Shown piece by piece: positions 57,303 to 64,000 of a stretch of DNA of 64,000 bases. The notes beneath the pieces are model-generated. The model saw only the letters and a program-made list of their open reading frames with translations, did not search any database and was not told the DNA's origin. The number at the start of each line of letters is the position of its first letter. Within the stretch, counting starts at the first letter, position 1. The stretch spans positions 640,001-704,000 of the forward strand of contig BK006936.2 in NCBI GenBank assembly GCA_000146045.2, in the 5' to 3' direction. The stretch comes from TPA_inf: Saccharomyces. Its lineage: Eukaryota. A program made the translations under genes and the position numbers.

Positions 57303-58353
57303 AGGATCAGATTTGCAAGATAGAAAAGCAATTAGAGTAAGAAATATCAAGCTAATCACACGTTTTTAAAACCTCGATCCAACTATAGAACGTACTGTAT
57401 TCAAGAAAAAAAACTGAGAGAAGAATGAAAGGAAAAGGGTTTCTATAGATATAACCAATGCGATATGTAACTTCAGTGCTGAACGACAAAGTTTCTTTAT
57501 TGCCTTATTTTGACTTTCTTCGAGATGTCCATGGCATAACTTGAGCAAGGTTGAAAAAATTTTCTTTTCTTTTTTTCTCCGAAAGAAACCCGTTTCTTTT
57601 GGTGCACACACAAAGCTCGTGCAGAGTGCTGTCCTCTGAGAAATTACCGCAGAATCAGAGGATCTATGAAATTGCCTCTCTTGTACGAGCAGTTCACTGC
57701 AGGCACTCGTCCCTTCACACGGAAAAACAATATGGGAAAAGTTGCCTGAAAGTTTAAGCTTTTTTACATATTATCAAGGCAAGAAAAGAAGAGAAATTTT
57801 TCGAGAAAATGAACAACGAAGCAAACAATATGAAGAGGACTGCTGCTATTTTTCCAGTTAGGTACCATGTGGCATGCTGTTTTTCCGCAGTTCGTTATGT
57901 AAGGTGGAAGGCGGTGGTGTGTGAGACATGCCCTGTGAGACATTGGAAACTCATGCGTACAGAAAGTGAAACTAGCTCAATTGGTTGAGTTTTTTGATGG
58001 TATACGCCTGATGTTTTTTTCGACAACAGGTGAGTGAAATAAAACGAAGAGCAAAAAAAGAAGAAGAAATTTAAGAAAAAAAAAAAAAAAAAGGGAAGAA
58101 AAACGGAGCTACCCAATATCGGAAGATTCGTAAAGGCCGCCATATACACAATAGGGGCCCTTCGTTATATGTGCTCGAGCCTCTGGATATCGACCAGAAT
58201 GAGCAGACGCCTACGAAACTGGTCAAGGCTTCAAGTAAAATTGCTGGAATCTGTTAACACTTTTAAAAGAACACAGTTCTTGACTTACTTTTGGTCTATG
58301 CATAGGTATTATATAATACGAGGTAGTAAAATGAGAAAAAAAGAAAAAAAAAG

Positions 58354-59943
58354 TCAATTGAGTATGGGCATGAAGTTACCCAAGATCATGAGGGGCAAAC
58401 CAGAGACATCTCTTTTTAATGTCCACATACAGCAACAATGAATTATCTTGCCCTTGATGGGGCTTAAGAGCCTGCAAACTTTCATCTTCTCAGATCCTCT
58501 GAAGTCCCTATATGCAACTTTAGAGAGCGTTTTGAAGTAATCGCGTACACTTTCATCGTCCATGATCTCTACGATAAAAGTCATCTTGTTTAGTAGCTCC
58601 TCTCTTGTCCATCCGCATAGAATTTCAAATTCCTCGTTGACATAAGAAATTTGACCATTTCTTCGCCAAATACATGTCGGGGTACCGATTTGTGCAATAA
58701 ATTTTACATATTCTAATAGAGTTCTTTGGTAGCATTGCTCCATAAAAATCATGTCCTCCTCGGTTAAAGTTACAGAACACGCAATGAAAATGGGCCGGAA
58801 TTCGGCAATGGACCGACACATCTTCACCAGATCCTGCTGGTTGAATCGATGCTTTAGGTACACCAAAAGATGGTGGAATCCAGGTGTATGCGAAAAGGGG
58901 GCATTTATGGAGGTGTATATTTCCATTGGAGTAGAATAACGTAATGAATGTTCCCATTCTACATTGCTCTTGATGTTGGCAGCGTCTGGTGAACAGCTTT
59001 CCAGGGATACAGAGACCAAATGGTTTTTCCTCCGCTTTAAGGGGATAGCCAACTCGGGAAATGTTACCGTTTCGCTGTTCAAGTAATATTGGTTTATGCT
59101 TGAGTCCCAATTAATTTGGGAGCTCTTTTCAGATGGGTCCCGTGGCAATAATCTTTTAAAGTTTAAGGAATTATCAGCTGAATCAACGGGCACTAAGGGG
59201 AAATGGTTCGCGAAAAGATTAACTTGCGAAGCTACAATCTTGGCTGAATTTGGTCCCAGTAGAATAGAATAAACGTTTTGATTGGAAGATGGATACGGAT
59301 GTGGGGGTATGTTTGCTCGCTGTTCGCTGTACAACTGGCGAATTTTCTCCATTTCTGTTTCTTCAGGGCTTGTATTTGTGCCCGTAGGGCTATTGTTACT
59401 GCTATTGCCTATTGTGGAGTTGGATGTGGAATTGGTGTTGGAGTACAGGATGTCAATAGGGATCTTGTTAGACAATGTGTCTTGATAGATGATATTCGAC
59501 AGAATAGAGTACTCGGAATCTGCAGCATTCGATAGGAATTTAGCTTTGTGAACTATATGTTGTGGGCTGGTGAATTTTTGCTGTTCTCCCATGTTATTTA
59601 CGTTGAGGCTACTATTGCTGGAGTTGTTATAAATGGGTATCATGATCTTGCGGGGTGGAAGGTCCGGTTGTATGTTCATTGGGAGCTCTCTATTCGGTAT
59701 TCCAGCCAAGTACTTGCTTTTCTTTCTTGGAGCGTCAACGCATGTAGCCGTGAGGCCCTTGCTGATACATCGTAAGCATGGCCTTTTGGCCTCACATGAC
59801 ACATGCAATCTCGAACAGTTCACGCATGCCACGTTTGTGTTTTTTCTCTTTTTTCTCTTCTTTTTTTCGAGAGTATGATTTGTATTTGCAGATGTATCTG
59901 GGTCAGTTGATGTTTTGTAATCGTTTTCATCTGGAGTGCACAT
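58354..59943 (-). CDS. ERT1: Zn(II)2Cys6 transcription factor (ethanol/gluconeogenesis regulation) with C-terminal PAS-like region, 529 aa
   Basis: ATG at 59941-59943 gives [12 protein letters not shown]... The binuclear cluster motif is [20 protein letters not shown]. 529 aa. The ORF-track start is a GTG one codon upstream. It matches ERT1/YBR239C. Confidence 0.85.
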   Translation of the reverse strand: MCTPDENDYKTSTDPDTSANTNHTLEKKKRKKRKNTNVACVNCSRLHVSCEAKRPCLRCISKGLTATCVDAPRKKSKYLAGIPNRELPMNIQPDLPPRKIMIPIYNNSSNSSLNVNNMGEQQKFTSPQHIVHKAKFLSNAADSEYSILSNIIYQDTLSNKIPIDILYSNTNSTSNSTIGNSSNNSPTGTNTSPEETEMEKIRQLYSEQRANIPPHPYPSSNQNVYSILLGPNSAKIVASQVNLFANHFPLVPVDSADNSLNFKRLLPRDPSEKSSQINWDSSINQYYLNSETVTFPELAIPLKRRKNHLVSVSLESCSPDAANIKSNVEWEHSLRYSTPMEIYTSINAPFSHTPGFHHLLVYLKHRFNQQDLVKMCRSIAEFRPIFIACSVTLTEEDMIFMEQCYQRTLLEYVKFIAQIGTPTCIWRRNGQISYVNEEFEILCGWTREELLNKMTFIVEIMDDESVRDYFKTLSKVAYRDFRGSEKMKVCRLLSPIKGKIIHCCCMWTLKRDVSGLPLMILGNFMPILN

Positions 59944-60489
59944 CACGATGATTCATCAATGTATTTTATTTTTATACCTTCGTGTGTCTGTTGTACCCAA
60001 AAGAAATGATAAAAATAGCTCAAGAGTATCCTGACTTTATATAACTAGCAATTTTATCTAAGAGAGTAATGCCGTTGCACCGGCTCTTGTTTAGTTTTTT
60101 TATGTGGTTACTCTTTTACAATATACTAAAATTGCAACTCATTTGCTTTTTTCATTTCTTTTCCTTCAATTTTTTTTTTTTTTTAGTCTACGGCTAACAA
60201 AAAGCATAGGCTCAGAATGATAGATAGATATCCGATAAATGTCAGTAAAGACAAAGAAATCAGTAAAATAAACGTTTCACCCTGGCAGATAGGAAACCCT
60301 ATCTCCCAGTGATAAACTTTAATTTTTTTTCGTGCATATATATATATACATATATAATATAAAACAAAATATCATGAATTTCTATCTAAAGTAGTGGGAA
60401 AAAATATGTCGTTAAAAATGGGTATAATATCCAAGCAAAGCTTTTGGCTTTTTTTTTCTTGAAATGAGTGAAGGGAAGGCTCAATAAGC

Positions 60490-61842
60490 CTAGTCCTGCA
60501 TGGCATATACATCCTTGTAAAATTGTTGATTACACTTCAGTTGTAGCTGCCAGTACCGCAGTTGGGAACATGAAAGTGTGGTATCTTGACATGAGCAAAG
60601 TTGTTGCAATATTGTATCTTTCCAACTATTCACTAGGCGCTCCGTGACCAAGACATGTAACTCCGACGTAAGCTCGTCCTGGTAGGGATCCTCGAATAAG
60701 TCGGCATTCCCTAGCAATCCATTACAATGGTACAGGACGTCTAAATCTTGTGTATTGTTTATGATAAAGTTGACCAGCGGATACATCGAAAATCTCAATA
60801 GCTTTTGCTGGAGAAACCACACTCTTAGAAGCTTTGTCAAGTTGGGGCAGGTATATCCATGAATGATGACCAGCATTGTTATAGCTATGGATTGCCAATC
60901 GACACAACTCCAACGAGCGATGCACTCTTTGAACAGGCACGAGGCCATATTGATGTCCGGGTCGTCAATTATTTTCCCAAGGAAGCGTATGAATTCCGTG
61001 GTCAACGAGTTCCTCATCTTATTGATGAACCACGTCGTGTATTCTTGTCGGTTCAATATCATGTTCCCGTAGCAATTAAACCATAGGATCCCGAAAATTT
61101 TGCCTTGGATAATATCGATCAAAGAGGTGCTGTCTTCTGGCGGCGATGACAGCGCTGCAGTAGTGGTTTCCTCTGCTGACGACATCGAATGACCCGGCGA
61201 CGGCAGCTGATCTGTAAGAGCAGAGGTAACTGCAGCCGGATTGGCCCTGAAAACTGAGTAAGGCCCGTGTTTGGAGCAATTGAGGTTGACCACAGATATG
61301 TCGTTTTCCACCATATTAAGCAATTCGTCCAACTTCTTGTCTATGCGCTTTTGAGTATAATCTCTATTTGTCATGCTACCAAAGACAGAGGCCACAGCGT
61401 TATTGTATATCTTCAATCTCCGTACGCTTATGGTGAATGTATTATCGTTAGGAAGCGTAGTTTCCTTACTTGCCTCGTGCACGCTGTCTTCGCAGTCACT
61501 TGTCGGGGGTGATAGTTGTCTAAAATGGGTCATTTGTTTAAACCTTGATTTTGAGATTTTCTGGCACAATGGTTTCGATTTCGATTTGCGAGCCTGTAAT
61601 GAACTGATCAGTGAATGCTTGCGTACTTTGTAGATGTTCTCCTCTAACCACATAAGTCTGATATCGTAACTACAATTATCTCCATGTTTGGCACACAGTG
61701 AACAGATTGGTCTATTCTCGTCGCATCTGCGTTTCTTGAATCTGCATGCCCAGCACCCAGTAAATGTCCTCCCCTTGGTGGGGGGCACTTTGGAGGATGA
61801 CGCTACTTTCTTGCTTCTCTGCTGCCTCTTACTATTGACCAT
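60490..61842 (-). CDS. THI2: Zn(II)2Cys6 transcriptional activator of thiamine biosynthesis genes, 450 aa
   Basis: The zinc cluster is CWACRFKKRRCDENRPICSLCAKHGDNC. 450 aa starting MVNSKRQQRSKKVASSSK matches THI2/YBR240C. Confidence 0.88.
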   Translation of the reverse strand: MVNSKRQQRSKKVASSSKVPPTKGRTFTGCWACRFKKRRCDENRPICSLCAKHGDNCSYDIRLMWLEENIYKVRKHSLISSLQARKSKSKPLCQKISKSRFKQMTHFRQLSPPTSDCEDSVHEASKETTLPNDNTFTISVRRLKIYNNAVASVFGSMTNRDYTQKRIDKKLDELLNMVENDISVVNLNCSKHGPYSVFRANPAAVTSALTDQLPSPGHSMSSAEETTTAALSSPPEDSTSLIDIIQGKIFGILWFNCYGNMILNRQEYTTWFINKMRNSLTTEFIRFLGKIIDDPDINMASCLFKECIARWSCVDWQSIAITMLVIIHGYTCPNLTKLLRVWFLQQKLLRFSMYPLVNFIINNTQDLDVLYHCNGLLGNADLFEDPYQDELTSELHVLVTERLVNSWKDTILQQLCSCQDTTLSCSQLRYWQLQLKCNQQFYKDVYAMQD

Positions 61843-62001
61843 TTGGTTCTAGTGCGGATATATATATAGGCTATATATATACGTGGTGAAATGAAATGAA
61901 AACGCTTTTAAAGTGTGCAGAAATTGTTATAGCTCTAACCCGTAGTATTAGTTCCCCATATAATTCCGACCGAGAAAGGTGCACCCACTTGTCATACAAA
62001 T

Positions 62002-62006
<5 letters not shown>

Positions 62007-62050
<44 letters not shown>
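62007..62050. repeat. (TA)18 microsatellite with a GTATATAT tail, in the THI2/YBR241C intergenic region
   Basis: acatatatatatatatatatatatatatatatatatatgtatatat seen directly. Confidence 0.95.
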
Positions 62051-62588
62051 TATACCTGCAAGCAATTGCACGCGAGTACTCTGCGTGAGTCAAAAGACTG
62101 TGGTAAAATGGTACCCATCTGATGCAGGAATTCCGACTCTTTCAAGCTAAATGCCGTTTCATTTTGGCACGGATGCATTCGCAGATTGGTTGGAAATCCG
62201 CATACATCAAATGCGCCAAGAGGGCTGCCATTGTATATTCCTTTTCTCGGCAGTCCTGCCGGATGCATTTATGCCGCTAAGACGCAGAACCGAATATTGG
62301 GCTCAGGAAAATATGCAGATAGACGCTCGCCCGTGAGCGACTCATGACGCGCGTGTGCTATTTTGGCCCCGGCAGTACAAGCGGTAGTCATGGTTTCCGC
62401 CACACGGATCTCATACAACAGCAATCCATTTGGTTTGCCTAGTTCCGTACATATACATAGATACTAACTAAATGAGTGCATATACTCATGTAGCCGTTCG
62501 TTACTAGAAGAAGAAGAAAATAAAAAACAGATGAATAGCTAGAAAGAAGTAAAAAATAGTTGCTTAGGTATATATGACTGGCTACAGA

Positions 62589-64000
62589 TCAGTAGCCAGC
62601 CCAAACCTCGCTGTATGTAGTCTTGCCCTTTGTCTCGGGTACACGCTTGTACACATATGTAGCAAACATGGCAGCGATGGCGGCGAAGATCGCAAATACG
62701 TAGCCGCCCATGAGGCCGTGGCCTATCGGGAAGAGGTATCCGACGATGAAGGTGGCAAGCCAGTTGCACACAGTACCAAAACTTTGAGCTGTAGCGGCAT
62801 CCTGCGGGTAGGATAGCTCACCAATGATCAAGAAGGGGATGGGTCCCAGACCGATGGCGAATGCGGCAATATAGACAAAAGTGGCCGTGACCAGTAAAAA
62901 GGATACGCTCAAGGTGAGACCTACACTGATCAGCAGCGACATGGCGGTCATCACCGTAGTCGAGGCAAGCAATAATGGACGGCGCCCGACGTGGTCGATG
63001 ATCGCAGATGCTGCTAGAGTGACAACGACATTGAGGATGGAAATGGCAAAATTTACCTGAATCGAGTAGTCCGGTAGAATCTTGCCGATCACTTTTACAC
63101 CGTAGAAGATAATAGAGTTGATGCCGCAAAATTGCTGGCACGACAAGATGGCGAGTATAACTGTGCGCGGTTTCTTGTATGAGGGATCGGTAACATATTG
63201 CCATAGTGTGGGTCCTGAATGAGTCTCTTCGCTTGACTCCGGGTCGCGGTTGTGCCCATGGCTACGCTGCCAATCCTGAATTTCTTGCTTCGCTTGTTGG
63301 TACGTTCCTGGACGCAACTTGAACAGAGCAGTTTCAGCTTCCGAGACGAATCCGTGGCTCACCAGCCACCTTGGAGATTCGTCCACTTTGAGCCAAGCTA
63401 AAATATTCGCTACCGCAATCACGGATCCGGAAAAGAGAAGCCACCTCCAGTTATAGGAGTCTGCGTACTTGAGTGCCAAGGTTTGGGTCAGCAGGATACC
63501 TAGATTGATAGAAACCTGATTCATAGATCCCATAGCGCCTCTCCACTCCACGGGGGCAATCTCGTTGATAAATAAGGGTGTGATCACAATGGCGGTGCCG
63601 CAGGACATGCCTACCAGGAACCTGCCAAATAGCAACTGCAAGTAGGAGTTGGAAAAGAAAAGCAGCAGAGAAGAAACCATGCACATGGCCGAGGCGCCCA
63701 TGCTCACGTACTTTCTTCCGTATCGGTTGGCCCAGTTACCGGCGTAGTACGACCCAAACAGTCCGCCTATGCTGAATATAGACGTAATTGCGCCGTATTG
63801 AGAATCGGTTAACGCAATGCATTGCTTGAGTCCGTGTTGCCCAACCCAAGTGTCATCGTATGAGATGTTTTCGTCTGGTGCCTCAAATCTGGAGCACGAT
63901 AAGAATTCTTGAGGCGCATTCAACTCTGCGATGTGGTATCCGTACTGGATCGACCCCAAACAAGCAACTATCGTGCCCAAGATTAAATGGCCCGTAATTA
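62589..64000 (-). CDS. MFS sugar-transporter-like vacuolar membrane protein (VPS73 paralogue); N-terminus runs off the right edge
   Basis: Open frame from the stop at 62589 to the window end. It has a 12-TM MFS architecture with sugar-porter signatures (GRRPLLL; PETKGKT near the C-terminus). The first in-window ATG (63980) falls after the expected N-terminal residues, so the true start lies beyond 64000. It corresponds to YBR241C. Confidence 0.8.
   Translation of the reverse strand, partial: ITGHLILGTIVACLGSIQYGYHIAELNAPQEFLSCSRFEAPDENISYDDTWVGQHGLKQCIALTDSQYGAITSIFSIGGLFGSYYAGNWANRYGRKYVSMGASAMCMVSSLLLFFSNSYLQLLFGRFLVGMSCGTAIVITPLFINEIAPVEWRGAMGSMNQVSINLGILLTQTLALKYADSYNWRWLLFSGSVIAVANILAWLKVDESPRWLVSHGFVSEAETALFKLRPGTYQQAKQEIQDWQRSHGHNRDPESSEETHSGPTLWQYVTDPSYKKPRTVILAILSCQQFCGINSIIFYGVKVIGKILPDYSIQVNFAISILNVVVTLAASAIIDHVGRRPLLLASTTVMTAMSLLISVGLTLSVSFLLVTATFVYIAAFAIGLGPIPFLIIGELSYPQDAATAQSFGTVCNWLATFIVGYLFPIGHGLMGGYVFAIFAAIAAMFATYVYKRVPETKGKTTYSEVWAGY

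Noticed and set aside
58625-59110. 161-aa ORF inside ERT1 in another frame (same strand), plus several 60-90-aa ORFs antisense to ERT1 and THI2
   Set aside because: They are alternative-frame artefacts within real CDSs.
62818-63204. 128-aa ORF in another frame within YBR241C
   Set aside because: It is an internal alternative-frame ORF of a 12-TM transporter gene.

Overview
This window is Saccharomyces cerevisiae nuclear DNA. Gene order, protein lengths and sequences match, from memory, the right arm of chromosome II from YBR208C (DUR1,2, truncated at the left edge) to YBR241C (truncated at the right edge). I could run no database search, so every gene name below is a recollection checked only against the translated ORFs.

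What the sequence shows directly:
- About 30 protein-coding genes, gene-dense on both strands.
- Two Pol III tRNA genes, tRNA-Cys(GCA) and tRNA-Glu(UUC), each followed by a T-run terminator.
- A cluster of solo Ty LTRs between the tRNAs. It includes a 371-bp LTR with a perfect 5-bp target-site duplication nested inside a diverged delta, plus an inverted delta.
- Spliceosomal introns with GTATGT/GTACGT 5' splice sites in HPC2, OM14 and possibly YBR219C. The ORF track misses all three.
- Several microsatellites: (CAG)9 in NGR1, a TA/CA tract, and (TA)18.

The ORF track begins some ORFs at non-ATG codons (TTG/GTG). I moved those starts to the first ATG matching the known protein for NGR1, AME1, PDB1, PCS60, DAD3, YBR238C and ERT1.

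I see no evidence of a novel or undescribed system. This is a well-characterised eukaryotic housekeeping region. The items worth a second look are the nested LTRs, the micro-exon introns, a 1.6-kb gene-free A-rich stretch with a Rap1/telomere-like motif downstream of SWC5, and the uncharacterised YBR219C/YBR220C/YBR225W loci.
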